Shown piece by piece: positions 19,629 through 29,408 of a stretch of 64,000 nt of DNA. The notes under the pieces are model-generated. The model was not told the origin of the DNA and did not search any database. It saw only the letters and a list, made by a program, of their open reading frames with translations. The position numbers were made by a program, and so were the translations under genes. Source of the stretch: a virus (lineage: Duplodnaviria > Caudoviricetes); the IMG/VR virus record IMGVR_UViG_3300033120_001005, positions 1-64,000 of that record. One strand, given 5' to 3'. Every line of letters begins with the position of its first letter. The stretch's first letter is position 1.

Positions 19629-21824
19629 TTATTTGTTTGGATTTTGATTATTTTCTTGATCATATTGTTTTACAACCATTTCTTTTTTGATTGGTGCATC
19701 AGCATACATTTGAGCAATTTGTGCATCCATTTGTTTTTTCATGCTTTCAATTTGTCCTAAAATTTCACCTTTCAATTTTTCTAATTCAAATGGAGATTGA
19801 ACTTTAGCAGTTTCAATTTGTTGCTGCATTTGGTCATATGCTTGTTTTTGTTTTTTAGATTGTTCAATCAAAACATTTAAATCAGCATAAATTTCATTTA
19901 TATCTTCATGTTTAATTACAACTAATAACTGTTCAATTGTTGCTTGACCTGCATTAAATGCTTTATCCATCAACATCATTAGCATTTCTTTTTTACGCGC
20001 CTGAATAGTGCCATCTACAAAATAAATGTCATAGTCTTCAGTTGGTAAAGTAGGTTTAATAGTGTAATACTGAAAACCATTTTCTCCTAATATGTGTTTT
20101 TGTTTTTCCCCCGGATATTGATTTAATAATTTAAGTTTGGCAGCGGCTTTTTTAAACACCCTTCTTAGGGCTTCTCTATGAAATTGAAATGGTGGTTCTA
20201 ATAATAAATCAGCTTGTGCTATTGCAGTTTTCATTGTACCAACAGCAGTATCACCAGATACTTGAGCTTTTTTAAATTTATTTGTTCCTGTTAATGTATC
20301 AGCTAAAGTTTCAACATACATCAATAGATTTAATAAATGTTGTGTACTACTTAAGCCTAAATCCATTGAGCGTACACCACCGGGCTTTTCAGTAATTAAA
20401 AGCTTTTTAGCTTTCATGTAATAAAACACTTGTGAATAGCTTAAATTTTTAGGTTTAGCCTTTGCATCGTATTCAACAACATTACCCGGACTGGTAGCAA
20501 TTTCAAGTTCTAATTTGAACATTAACTCATTCCAAAGTTCTTGTAATGGAGATACATTTTGCATCATTCCATTTGGTTTTTTAAGTATTCGATTATACAA
20601 ACCAACAATATAATCATTGCTAGGAATAGAAGGGTTATGGTAACTAATTGGCATGTTTTCGCATTGTTGAAAATTGCAAACTATATCATCAACCAAATAT
20701 CCAGTGTACCAAGTAGGCACATCAATTGTTTTTATTTCACCAACTTCTTTTTTCCCAATAACACCTTCTTCTCCTGGTTTTAAATATTTAACTATTTTTT
20801 TTTCAGGATTGTATTTATTTTCAATGATTTTAACCTTTTGTTTTTTAGTGGCCAACCAATTCATTTTAATAACGCGAATACCACTTTTTCCATAATTGTA
20901 AGCTGTCGTTGTGTCATTGGTACTTGAATTATTTTCAATGGTGTTTTTGTACCTAGCTTTAATTTCTTGTAATTTTTTATCATCAGGTTTTATGTATTGC
21001 ATAATGCCTGACAAAGTCATAAATCTTTCTTCACCAATAAACATCATATCTTCACCATAATCATCTTCACAATCCCAATCAACAATTGCATTGGTTGGTT
21101 TTACAACTCTTAATTTAATTTCATCACCATTTATTTCAACAATTTCATATGCAAAAAATCCTACTAAAAATTGAAACAATATGTTTTTACGGAAAGCTTC
21201 TGGCCATGCATGTTTATAATAGTTTACCTTTAATAAACGAGTCATGTTCAACTCTTCCATTTCTTTATACGATAATGTCAAATATTTTTCTTCATCATCC
21301 ACTATTGGCATTCTGTTTTCAAGTTGTACTCCAGTACTATCTTCTAAAGATTTAACGTAAGAACCAATAAGTTTATTGGCCATTAAATTAGCTTTTATTT
21401 TAAGTTTTTTATCTATGGCATCTGGAGAAACTGAAGCAACTGAAAGATCAATTTGTGTTTGTATAAATTGTCCGGTTATAATATCAAAGTTGTTTTTTAG
21501 CAATGGATAATTAATCAATCGCGCAGGTAATACCATTTCACTGTTTTCACCTTCTTTAGTTAAAAAATCAGTGTCACTACTTGAATAAGTTCCTTCATAC
21601 AACAACAACATTTTTTCTATAAAAGTTAAAAATGTATGTTTACTTATACTATCATCACTAGCAAAAAAATTACTTGATGCATTTTTAGATTTACCATAAC
21701 ATTTGCGAATGCTAAACCTAGCCCACTTTTCTAAATGTACTTTGTTTCCTGTATATGGCACCTCATGAGCACTAAAATCTTTAGTAAATTCTTCAGCGTT
21801 ATTTTGATTTGTTGTGTAATCCAT
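19629..21824 (-). CDS. Portal protein
   Basis: 731 aa directly after TerL; NYPLLKNNFDIITG and LQELWNELMFKLELEIA motifs, plus a C-terminal coiled coil. Confidence 0.85.
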   Translation of the reverse strand: MDYTTNQNNAEEFTKDFSAHEVPYTGNKVHLEKWARFSIRKCYGKSKNASSNFFASDDSISKHTFLTFIEKMLLLYEGTYSSSDTDFLTKEGENSEMVLPARLINYPLLKNNFDIITGQFIQTQIDLSVASVSPDAIDKKLKIKANLMANKLIGSYVKSLEDSTGVQLENRMPIVDDEEKYLTLSYKEMEELNMTRLLKVNYYKHAWPEAFRKNILFQFLVGFFAYEIVEINGDEIKLRVVKPTNAIVDWDCEDDYGEDMMFIGEERFMTLSGIMQYIKPDDKKLQEIKARYKNTIENNSSTNDTTTAYNYGKSGIRVIKMNWLATKKQKVKIIENKYNPEKKIVKYLKPGEEGVIGKKEVGEIKTIDVPTWYTGYLVDDIVCNFQQCENMPISYHNPSIPSNDYIVGLYNRILKKPNGMMQNVSPLQELWNELMFKLELEIATSPGNVVEYDAKAKPKNLSYSQVFYYMKAKKLLITEKPGGVRSMDLGLSSTQHLLNLLMYVETLADTLTGTNKFKKAQVSGDTAVGTMKTAIAQADLLLEPPFQFHREALRRVFKKAAAKLKLLNQYPGEKQKHILGENGFQYYTIKPTLPTEDYDIYFVDGTIQARKKEMLMMLMDKAFNAGQATIEQLLVVIKHEDINEIYADLNVLIEQSKKQKQAYDQMQQQIETAKVQSPFELEKLKGEILGQIESMKKQMDAQIAQMYADAPIKKEMVVKQYDQENNQNPNK

Positions 21825-21836
21825 GTTTCAAATCTA

Positions 21837-23693
21837 TTAATTTTGTTGTTTAGTTACAACTACTATTCTTCCATCTACCATTTTAAAGAACGGTAAATCA
21901 GTTGATAAATCAACGTCAGGCTGATCAATAAAATCTATACCTTTAATTGCGTAGCGCTCCAATGCTTTTAGTCGTGCAATTCCAAGTGCCATTGCTCTAT
22001 CTGTATTTACCGAACCAAAAAATTTTAATTCATTAATTAATCCAAGGCTCCATAAATTTTCATAGTATTCATCAACATAAGAAGCTAGTGAACTTACAAG
22101 CAATGGTTTTGTTGCAACGTTAATACTTCTACCATATTTATTTGAAGCTTTACTTTCTGTATCTTTTACAGCATCATAGCTTTGTGGCCTTAAATCAAGT
22201 AAGTGTTCAGCTTTTTTAACTTCATAAAAACTTACTAATTCGGCTGATTGATTAGCTTCAAAATTTAATGTTGTACCGTAAAACAAAATTTGTAAAAGTG
22301 TTTGCTCACAAAACGTTTTAATTTTTTCGGGCCTATCAAAATACTCTAAACAAATTTTATCACCATCATACATATGATTGCCGGAAGTAACTCTGTAAAT
22401 ATAATTGGCTCCACATGAACTTGATGTAATAGATTTCTCTTGTGTATAAGGGTCACAACCGGAAATATCATCATTGTTTCCATCTTCAGGCCAAAATCTA
22501 ATTTTAGATTTACCATCAGTGTCAGGTCTAAATTCTACTAACTGTTTGCACCATCCACGCATATTATATATTTCTTTCCAATTTTTTACCATATGGAAAT
22601 CACCAATTGTTAACACTGGTGGTTTTACGCGAATTAACTTTTCAGCTTCTTCAAGTAATTTTTGGTTAAACATACCAGAACCCAATGTCAAAAAGATGTG
22701 CTCATCTTTCATTGGATTGTTTTGATAAAAATCGTAAAGAGATTTTTTATTTTGTTTTTTCTTTAATGCAGCTTCTTTTTGGTTCCATGCAACGGTTGCT
22801 TCTTCAACTAATGAATATCCTGGAATATCATTTGGTTTTGGCCCATCTTTTTCACCTGTAACAAAAGGGTAATAACCTTTAACAGCGGGTATCATAAACC
22901 AATCAATGTTAAATTCTTCAGGGTTATTTACCATGTACATAAAATCGCGTGCACCTTTATCAACGGCACCACCAGTTCCCCCTAACAATGCAGTTCCAAC
23001 TTGTTTAGAACCTTTCATCCATGCATCTTTAGTGTCGTTAAAAGCTTGCTTTAAATTTTTGAATTTACCAATCTCTTCAAAGATAGAACGTCTAATTACT
23101 TTACCTTTGAAAACACCTGTATTCATTGACATTAACTCAGAATACAAAATGTTTAAATTACCTTTTATTTCACCAATTTTGTTTTCTTTAACGTTGTCAG
23201 GTTCCTGCCAACCAAATTGAAGTAAACTTTTATTTTCTTCTAAAGTATTTAAACGGAAAAAAGGGTGTACTTGACCAAAACAATCTTCAATATTTTTACG
23301 AGAAGCGTTTAGTGTTTCATCATCACCAACACCCCAAGTCATTTCAATACCTTTATGAAATAACAAATCGTAAATCACAAAAGCATCAATAGCAACATAA
23401 GTGTAACCTTTCCTTCTACCTTTTTTTACTCCAGTGTTTCTGCCAATGCTATCATTATATTCTACGCGCTCAATTAATTCATGTTGAAAATCAAGATACC
23501 ATGGTCGCATCCAACCTCTATCAATATCTTTGATTTTGCAAAATTTTAACATGAAATAATAACGGCCGGGCAAACCTTCAAAACCATTAATACAACGAAA
23601 TATTTCTTCATCCCAATGGTCCCACCATTCGGGGCTTTCTTCAATTAAGCCCACGTCATTTATATCGTATATTAATTTATTGTAGTTTTTCAT
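21837..23693 (-). CDS. terL: Terminase large subunit
   Basis: KKGRRKGYTY (Walker A type), FEEIGKF (Walker B), GGTGG, and nuclease motifs GCDPY and DRAMALG; crAss-type signature. Confidence 0.92.
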   Translation of the reverse strand: MKNYNKLIYDINDVGLIEESPEWWDHWDEEIFRCINGFEGLPGRYYFMLKFCKIKDIDRGWMRPWYLDFQHELIERVEYNDSIGRNTGVKKGRRKGYTYVAIDAFVIYDLLFHKGIEMTWGVGDDETLNASRKNIEDCFGQVHPFFRLNTLEENKSLLQFGWQEPDNVKENKIGEIKGNLNILYSELMSMNTGVFKGKVIRRSIFEEIGKFKNLKQAFNDTKDAWMKGSKQVGTALLGGTGGAVDKGARDFMYMVNNPEEFNIDWFMIPAVKGYYPFVTGEKDGPKPNDIPGYSLVEEATVAWNQKEAALKKKQNKKSLYDFYQNNPMKDEHIFLTLGSGMFNQKLLEEAEKLIRVKPPVLTIGDFHMVKNWKEIYNMRGWCKQLVEFRPDTDGKSKIRFWPEDGNNDDISGCDPYTQEKSITSSSCGANYIYRVTSGNHMYDGDKICLEYFDRPEKIKTFCEQTLLQILFYGTTLNFEANQSAELVSFYEVKKAEHLLDLRPQSYDAVKDTESKASNKYGRSINVATKPLLVSSLASYVDEYYENLWSLGLINELKFFGSVNTDRAMALGIARLKALERYAIKGIDFIDQPDVDLSTDLPFFKMVDGRIVVVTKQQN

Positions 23694-23715
23694 TAACTAT
23701 TTGATAATCAACAGA

Positions 23716-24075
23716 CTATACTATATTTGCAGTGTTTCTAAGTTTATAAATAAGAATATACAAATTTTCAAGCATTGTATCTATCTGATTTTGAATGTAA
23801 GACTGTATAAAAATGGTTCTATTTGCTTCAATAAATTCGGCTAATTTTTCGGAGTATTCTAAAGCGCCAAATTCGGTAGTGACGTTTTCAAGTTGTTCAA
23901 ACTCTAACAATCCTTCGCGGCCTTGATATGTTTCAACTAAATTATCAATAGCATCGTTCAATGCACTGTAAAAATCGCCTAATGGCTCGTGCTGCAAACT
24001 GGTTGTTTTCCAATGGAAAAAACGGATTATTATTGTAGCTGAAATTAGCTGTTTTATAAATTCGGTTACGTTCAT
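23716..24075 (-). CDS. DUF5856-like ferritin/Dps-fold small protein
   Basis: FFHWKTTSLQHEPLGDFYSALNDAIDNLVETYQG matches my recollection of this family's HxxT...H..L..FY..L...ID.LVE.YQG pattern. Confidence 0.6.
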   Translation of the reverse strand: MNVTEFIKQLISATIIIRFFHWKTTSLQHEPLGDFYSALNDAIDNLVETYQGREGLLEFEQLENVTTEFGALEYSEKLAEFIEANRTIFIQSYIQNQIDTMLENLYILIYKLRNTANIV

Positions 24076-24089
24076 ATTTTTTATTTAAT

Positions 24090-24482
24090 TTATAATTTAC
24101 TTAATTCTCCTGCATTATAATCAACCTCTTCTTCAAAAATTAAATCATCAGGAATATCAGCATATGTTAAAGGTTCTGAATACTCTCTAATACTAAACCC
24201 TTTTTTACATTTTGACCTTGTTAATTTTCTCAGTTCAACTGTAGCTCTTACCCTATCTAAATGCATAGATAAACTAAAATAAATAATCAAACCTAATTGA
24301 GTATTATAAATATCTCCAACTTGTGGTTTTCTTTTTTTATTACGTTCTGCTAATTGTTCTTTTTGTTTATCAGTTAATGTTTCATTCCATTCAAATTCTT
24401 CACATTCTACACGTATAAAAACAAAATGAGTGCAATTATTTTCAACGTTATTTTGTTTTAAAATTTTAAATTTTTGTTTCAT
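24090..24482 (-). CDS. Hypothetical protein
   Basis: 130-aa ORF co-oriented and tightly packed in the block. Confidence 0.6.
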   Translation of the reverse strand: MKQKFKILKQNNVENNCTHFVFIRVECEEFEWNETLTDKQKEQLAERNKKRKPQVGDIYNTQLGLIIYFSLSMHLDRVRATVELRKLTRSKCKKGFSIREYSEPLTYADIPDDLIFEEEVDYNAGELSKL

Positions 24483-24483
24483 A

Positions 24484-25041
24484 TTATTCTACTGTTTTTA
24501 AGTTTCTAAATAAAGTACTTTCGTTTCGCATTTGCACAGCTCGTTCTTGGAATTTTTCGAATCCGCTTAGTACTACTTTAAAGTTTTTGCTAATTTTACC
24601 TCGTCCGTCAATTTTCATTTCTAACTCGTTCTTTGTCTTAGAAAAAGCCGCAATGTTTTTGTTAACAATATCGTATTTCTTTTGTTGCTGAACATCGTCA
24701 CTTATCTCAAGCGCTGACAACATATTTGATAATGACAACAATTTACTGTTATACAAATCTAACATGTAAATATCATGGTCATAATCTATTGCACGATACA
24801 TAAAACTTGCTGTTATATATCTCTCGTCCAACTTAAACCCTTGCCACTTTTCCCCTATCACACTTTTCATAACCCTTTCTTCTCGTTGCTCAACACTCAT
24901 TCGCCTAAACATACTCTGATTATCGTATATCAATACGACAGAACGAAATTCAGGTTCATTAAGAACCTTGAATTCCGGTATGCCTTTCCAGTCGTTTCCA
25001 TCAATACGACCTTCTTCTGTCATTCTGAATAACATTCCCAT
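24484..25041 (-). CDS. Hypothetical protein, possible terminase small subunit
   Basis: 185 aa, helical, near TerL; assignment is positional only. Confidence 0.35.
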   Translation of the reverse strand: MGMLFRMTEEGRIDGNDWKGIPEFKVLNEPEFRSVVLIYDNQSMFRRMSVEQREERVMKSVIGEKWQGFKLDERYITASFMYRAIDYDHDIYMLDLYNSKLLSLSNMLSALEISDDVQQQKKYDIVNKNIAAFSKTKNELEMKIDGRGKISKNFKVVLSGFEKFQERAVQMRNESTLFRNLKTVE

Positions 25042-26159
25042 TAGTTGTATTCAATAAAAAATCTAACTTTTAAATTTCCACCAGCTGTACCTCTAGGAAT
25101 AATATACAGCCAAAAGTATTGCGTAAACCATTTTTCGTAAATAGTGCCATCATAAGGGTCTAGTTCATTGCCAATAAATGATGAACCAAAATTAGAAGAA
25201 GCACCATAGGGTTGAATTTGGTCAAATAAATTAAAACTTACATGAGGTGCAAAATATGAACAATTAGCTTCAATAAATTTTGTACCAGGATCGCCAATAT
25301 TAGCAGAAAATGCTCCAATTGATGGAGTACCAGGTACTGTTTGCCATGTTGCATTATTTGATACTGAAAAATAAGGTTGAGTAATTGGTTCTACTACCGA
25401 CCATGCATTTTCTATTCCAGTTGTAGTATTAATAGTAGAATAACTACCTCCTGAATTTATTCCTACACTAATTAGATTATTAAGAGTTAATATATTAGTA
25501 TAAACTTTTACTTTAGTAATACTATTCCACATTGTTGCTGGTTTAAACATAGATAAAAAACCACCAGTTACAGGTATATCTTTCATAATGTTAGGACTTA
25601 ATACTCCACCTCCAGCACTTATTAGTTGTGTACCTATATTAAAAAAAGAACTATTTACCATTGATATTACATTGCTGCCTCCTGGAGTTAATACTGTAAT
25701 ATCACCTGAGTCATATTGATTTGTTGCTGGTGGTGTCCATGTCCATGCTCCTGGTAGTGGATTTTCCCAACAATAAAATACATATGGTTTACCATCACTT
25801 GGTATAATTGCACTGCCATTTATTGTTCCATTAATTGAGCCGCCTTCAACACTCGGATATACAACTATCGGAAACCCGCTATTATTTATTATTGTTGATG
25901 ACGTTCCTTTCTTTGGTGGATTCGGAAGTTTTATTGCATTCGAACTTTCACTCGCACTCGTTACAACATTTAATCCAGTTGACAAAAACGCCTGACAAGT
26001 ACTCATTGTCGTACCACTCAATATTGTATTCTCAACTATTTCTTCTACTCCTATTATCTGCAACAATGCCATTATTGTTGCTCGCAAGTCAGCTTTTGTT
26101 ACTAACCCATCACCTTTTACTATTTCTGGCGACATATTTAATTTGTCTATTGTTCTCAT
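25041..26159 (-). CDS. Putative virion structural/fibre-like protein
   Basis: S/T/G/N-rich beta protein (AIKLPNPPKKG...IINNSGFPIVVYP). ATG at 26159 is preferred over GTG at 26180. Confidence 0.5.
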   Translation of the reverse strand: MRTIDKLNMSPEIVKGDGLVTKADLRATIMALLQIIGVEEIVENTILSGTTMSTCQAFLSTGLNVVTSASESSNAIKLPNPPKKGTSSTIINNSGFPIVVYPSVEGGSINGTINGSAIIPSDGKPYVFYCWENPLPGAWTWTPPATNQYDSGDITVLTPGGSNVISMVNSSFFNIGTQLISAGGGVLSPNIMKDIPVTGGFLSMFKPATMWNSITKVKVYTNILTLNNLISVGINSGGSYSTINTTTGIENAWSVVEPITQPYFSVSNNATWQTVPGTPSIGAFSANIGDPGTKFIEANCSYFAPHVSFNLFDQIQPYGASSNFGSSFIGNELDPYDGTIYEKWFTQYFWLYIIPRGTAGGNLKVRFFIEYN

Positions 26160-26179
26160 AGTTTTTTTTATTAATACCA

Positions 26180-26187
26180 CAAATATA
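26180..26187 (-). promoter_or_regulatory. Bacteroidota -7 promoter element (TATATTTG) heading the virion module
   Basis: Exact TAnnTTTG on the minus strand about 20 nt upstream of ATG 26159; no clear -33 TTTG. Confidence 0.45.
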
Positions 26188-26265
26188 TTTATTAGCCCCT
26201 AATTTTATAACTATATTTTTATTGCCCCCTTATTTATTACTAATTTTATTTTTTTTTAAAAAAAT

Positions 26266-26361
26266 ACCGCGTGCCGTAATAACATCACCCACCCTGAGAA
26301 GATTTGCGTTGTTCCCCTTGCACCCCCCGGTGTTTGGTTTGAAAACATCGGCCCCCCTTCG
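26266..26361. other. GC/C-rich non-coding island at the divergence point of the late and early blocks
   Basis: C-tracts (CACCCACCC, CCCC, two C6 runs) and a 9-bp hairpin 26327-26351 in an otherwise very AT-rich genome. Confidence 0.6.
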
Positions 26362-26408
26362 ATAAATAAACGAGAGAAGAAAACAAAACAACTTAACAAA
26401 AAGAATAA

Positions 26409-26618
26409 ATGAAAACAGCAACAAACAATGACAATAAACTATTGGATAGTTTATGTCAATCAGTAGGATTAATCCCTGAGTGGATTAAAAGTTTCAAACC
26501 TTTACACAATGAAACTAAAAAGAGTTATCAAGCAGAAATATTTGGCAGCAAGTATTTTATTAAGTTTGGTGAAGACAATGCAATTGTGTCAATGGTATTA
26601 ATTAGTAAATCAAAGTAA
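26409..26618 (+). CDS. Hypothetical early protein
   Basis: First plus-strand ORF, with an A-rich start context. Confidence 0.6.
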   Translation: MKTATNNDNKLLDSLCQSVGLIPEWIKSFKPLHNETKKSYQAEIFGSKYFIKFGEDNAIVSMVLISKSK

Positions 26619-26649
26619 AAAGTAAATCAACAGTAAAATTATCAGAATT

Positions 26650-26994
26650 ATGAGAACAGACAAAACGTATCGTATTTTGTTTTATGTAAACAAGTACAAT
26701 GTAAATGAAAACACTTGGTTGGCAGCAAACAGTTCAGAGCAAATCAACAGAATGATAACTGAAAGATTATCATTATTGCCTATTGGTACATGGTGGAAAG
26801 CAATTGTATTCAGCAATGGATATTTAATTGAAGAGAGATTATTGAAACAAGCTGGTGCAATTATGTATCGTCAAAACCCTCACACGTTAACGTTTGTAAA
26901 TCCAAATCCAAACGGTTATCTTGTAAACAATGGAACATTTATATTAACTAAAACTAAGTTAGCAAAGGAGAATAGAAATGAAATTAGCAAATAA
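26650..26994 (+). CDS. Hypothetical early protein
   Basis: ORF preceded by ATCAGAATT-ATG. Confidence 0.65.
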   Translation: MRTDKTYRILFYVNKYNVNENTWLAANSSEQINRMITERLSLLPIGTWWKAIVFSNGYLIEERLLKQAGAIMYRQNPHTLTFVNPNPNGYLVNNGTFILTKTKLAKENRNEISK

Positions 26995-27163
26995 AATGAT
27001 TAAGCTATTTATATTTGTATGTGCGTTGGCATTCATCCAACACATGGCACAAGAAGAAATGAAAGACGAAAAGAAACGCTCCGATTTCAGTAATTGCATT
27101 GACAATTCCTCACACACAGACACAGACTGCGATAGTTGTGCTCGTTTAATTTATGGAGAATAA
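26978..27163 (+). CDS. Small protein with N-terminal hydrophobic segment and Cys motif
   Basis: LFIFVCALAFI segment; C-x8-CDSC. Confidence 0.55.
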   Translation: MKLANKMIKLFIFVCALAFIQHMAQEEMKDEKKRSDFSNCIDNSSHTDTDCDSCARLIYGE

Positions 27164-27515
27164 TATTATGGCATTAAAGATTGTTGGTCACGTTGACCTA
27201 AAACCAGAGCTTCGCAAGCAATGTATAAATTGTGGCGCCAGCGTAACAGAGTTTCACTCTGATTTTGATCTTGGAGATAAGGTGTTATGCACCTCAGAGA
27301 AATGCACCTCAGAGCGTAATAAATACGTAAGGTATTTAAAAGGTAATAATAAAGTAGTTGTAAGTATTGTTTCTCTCTTACTGTTATTCTCCCTAATGAG
27401 TTGTTCACCCTCAGTTGTCATTGTAAACAAATCTTACAATTCTATTTTCAGAACTGACTCAGGTTATTACCTCACTCAGTTTGATAGTTCAGTTACATTT
27501 ATTAAATCCAAATAA
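27153..27515 (+). CDS. Cys-rich N-terminus plus an internal lipobox-like segment
   Basis: CINC...C...C followed by VSLLLLFSLMSC. Confidence 0.55.
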   Translation: MENNIMALKIVGHVDLKPELRKQCINCGASVTEFHSDFDLGDKVLCTSEKCTSERNKYVRYLKGNNKVVVSIVSLLLLFSLMSCSPSVVIVNKSYNSIFRTDSGYYLTQFDSSVTFIKSK

Positions 27516-27526
27516 TCCCTCAGAGT

Positions 27527-27766
27527 ATGAAAACCAAAAATTCATTGAAGTACAGAATCGGAGTTCTTATCGGAACATTTTTCTTAATCCTTACAATTAT
27601 TGCAATTTATTATTTGCCTTATGACAAAAATCTAATATATGTAATAATTGCACTCCCTATTATTGGCATTTTGTGTATTTTATTTTTTCCTTTTCAAGAA
27701 CCTCGTGAGTATTCTGAGCATGATGACTCAGACGACAATTTAGGCCCATTTAGTAAATACCTATAA
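27527..27766 (+). CDS. Small two-TM membrane protein
   Basis: Two hydrophobic helices (IGVLIGTFFLILTIIAIYYL; LIYVIIALPIIGILCILFF). Confidence 0.65.
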   Translation: MKTKNSLKYRIGVLIGTFFLILTIIAIYYLPYDKNLIYVIIALPIIGILCILFFPFQEPREYSEHDDSDDNLGPFSKYL

Positions 27767-28203
27767 AATCATTCTTATCTTATTGATTTTCATTCAACGT
27801 ATTTACTGAGGTACTATGTATTACAAACAATTCTCATTATCAATCATTTAGTCAAATTCTCTCCGGAGTAGAACACTCAAAAATCTGAGATCTCCAAATC
27901 GCCTTACTTTACTATCATTTACTATATTCACCCATTTATATTATTATATTGATTCCCAGTATTTTATAAAAAAAGTGCGTGACACATATATAATATAGGG
28001 GGAGGTGATTGGAGGGATTGGAGAGGGATAAAAGGTATATATGTAAGTTTAGATTTAGGAACTAACTACACAAAGATGTATATAAAGGATAATGAGGATA
28101 AAGAGAGCTGTGAGAGGCCCTCGAAATATCAGTGTATTTATAAGAACAAATAACTAATCAGAATAATTAACAGTACAACACAAATTAAATTAAGATCAGA
28201 ATT

Positions 28204-28839
28204 ATGACAACAACAGAATTTAGAATGAGAGAGGTTGACGCCTCAGAAGTTAAAAACATCAAAGCCAAAATGATTAAGTTTGGTGGCCTTGACATGACAA
28301 GCAATGTGTTTCCTGACATGGAAATATCAAATGTTTGTCGTAAAGCAGGTGAGCTATTTGCTATTGACCAAAACTTTGTTAATGGAATACGCTATTTCTT
28401 TGACAATGGTTACAGAGTTGACCTTGACTATAGACCTGAGTATGAAGATAGCTGGCCATATACTAGCAATGACTTTCGTGCTACAATTCACAAACGTGAA
28501 GTAAAAGTTATTGATGGTGTTCAAACTATGGTATGCACTCCATTTCCATTGAGAGTATATCCCGAAGGACCAGTATCGGCTTTCAAAGATTCATATGTTA
28601 TCAAAATATCATTCAGATATAAAGATAACTATGAAAATGCAATGAGAGCTTTCTATCACGAAACTAAGTGGGGACTTATAGTAATGAAAATACCACGTAG
28701 TGAAAGAATCCCTAAGTCGGAACTTTCTAATATAAATCCTAATACAGAATACGGAAAATTAAAACTAAAATCATTAGCTGAAAAGTTTAATCAGTCTTCC
28801 GTTTCTAAGGATATTAAACAGAAATATAACATACAATAG
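28204..28839 (+). CDS. Hypothetical protein (211 aa)
   Basis: ORF preceded by two ATCAGAAT motifs. Confidence 0.7.
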   Translation: MTTTEFRMREVDASEVKNIKAKMIKFGGLDMTSNVFPDMEISNVCRKAGELFAIDQNFVNGIRYFFDNGYRVDLDYRPEYEDSWPYTSNDFRATIHKREVKVIDGVQTMVCTPFPLRVYPEGPVSAFKDSYVIKISFRYKDNYENAMRAFYHETKWGLIVMKIPRSERIPKSELSNINPNTEYGKLKLKSLAEKFNQSSVSKDIKQKYNIQ

Positions 28840-28856
28840 GGTTTGCCCTATTGTAT
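28831..28856. terminator. Perfect 11-bp hairpin at the end of the gene (terminator or processing site)
   Basis: ATACAATAGGG-tttg-CCCTATTGTAT; lacks a long U-tract; followed by TATCAGAATAA. Confidence 0.55.
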
Positions 28857-28910
28857 TGATTATCAGAATAACAAATTTAACAAAGTCTATAAGTTAAGAC
28901 ATAAAAAATC

Positions 28911-29225
28911 ATGAGTGACAAATTGAATTTTGAAATAATTCCTAACAGTGGTTTTGCTAGCAATAAAAAGATTGCTGGCAAAAACCATAATGGCATAGTT
29001 TATACATACATTACTGTTGAATCACTAAAGCCTGAGATTACAGATAAAATTACCAATGCTTTAGAGTATTTTTTAAATAAAACTATGGTAACTGATAGCC
29101 CTGAAGCATACATTGAGCATTTAGTAAGAACTGAAAAGTTGTATAATGAAACTGTTAAGGATATTAACACTTTGAAAAACAGAATAAAACAATTAGAGGA
29201 ATTAACAAATGTCGGAAACTATTAA
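28911..29225 (+). CDS. Hypothetical protein
   Basis: ORF with a C-terminal coiled coil. Confidence 0.6.
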   Translation: MSDKLNFEIIPNSGFASNKKIAGKNHNGIVYTYITVESLKPEITDKITNALEYFLNKTMVTDSPEAYIEHLVRTEKLYNETVKDINTLKNRIKQLEELTNVGNY

Positions 29226-29403
29226 TACTAAAATTTATTTAGATAAACTAAATAAATACAAAAAGAGACTAACTGAATTAGAATTACAACATGTTGGTAA
29301 AGAATTAAACTTTACATATTGGGGTGGTTATTCAATGGGTTATTTAAAAGGACAAATATCAATACTAGAAAATATTTTAGATGATTTAAATATTGATTTT
29401 TAA
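29209..29403 (+). CDS. Hypothetical protein
   Basis: Short ORF with overlapping start/stop coupling. Confidence 0.6.
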   Translation: MSETINTKIYLDKLNKYKKRLTELELQHVGKELNFTYWGGYSMGYLKGQISILENILDDLNIDF

Positions 29404-29408
29404 ATATT

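Noticed and set aside
23722-23729. TATATTTG (-7 element) on the plus strand at the end of the DUF5856-like gene
   Set aside because: It points antisense into the late block and has no matching -33 element; likely chance in AT-rich DNA.
1588-26161. Plus-strand ORFs in the track overlapping the virion module (for example 1588, 6328, 7426, 12150, 17158, 22906, 25835)
   Set aside because: Antisense shadows of long, motif-bearing minus-strand genes; no plausible products.
27287-27314. 13-bp direct repeat ATGCACCTCAGAG
   Set aside because: An in-frame micro-duplication encoding CTSE twice; there are only two copies, so it is not an array.
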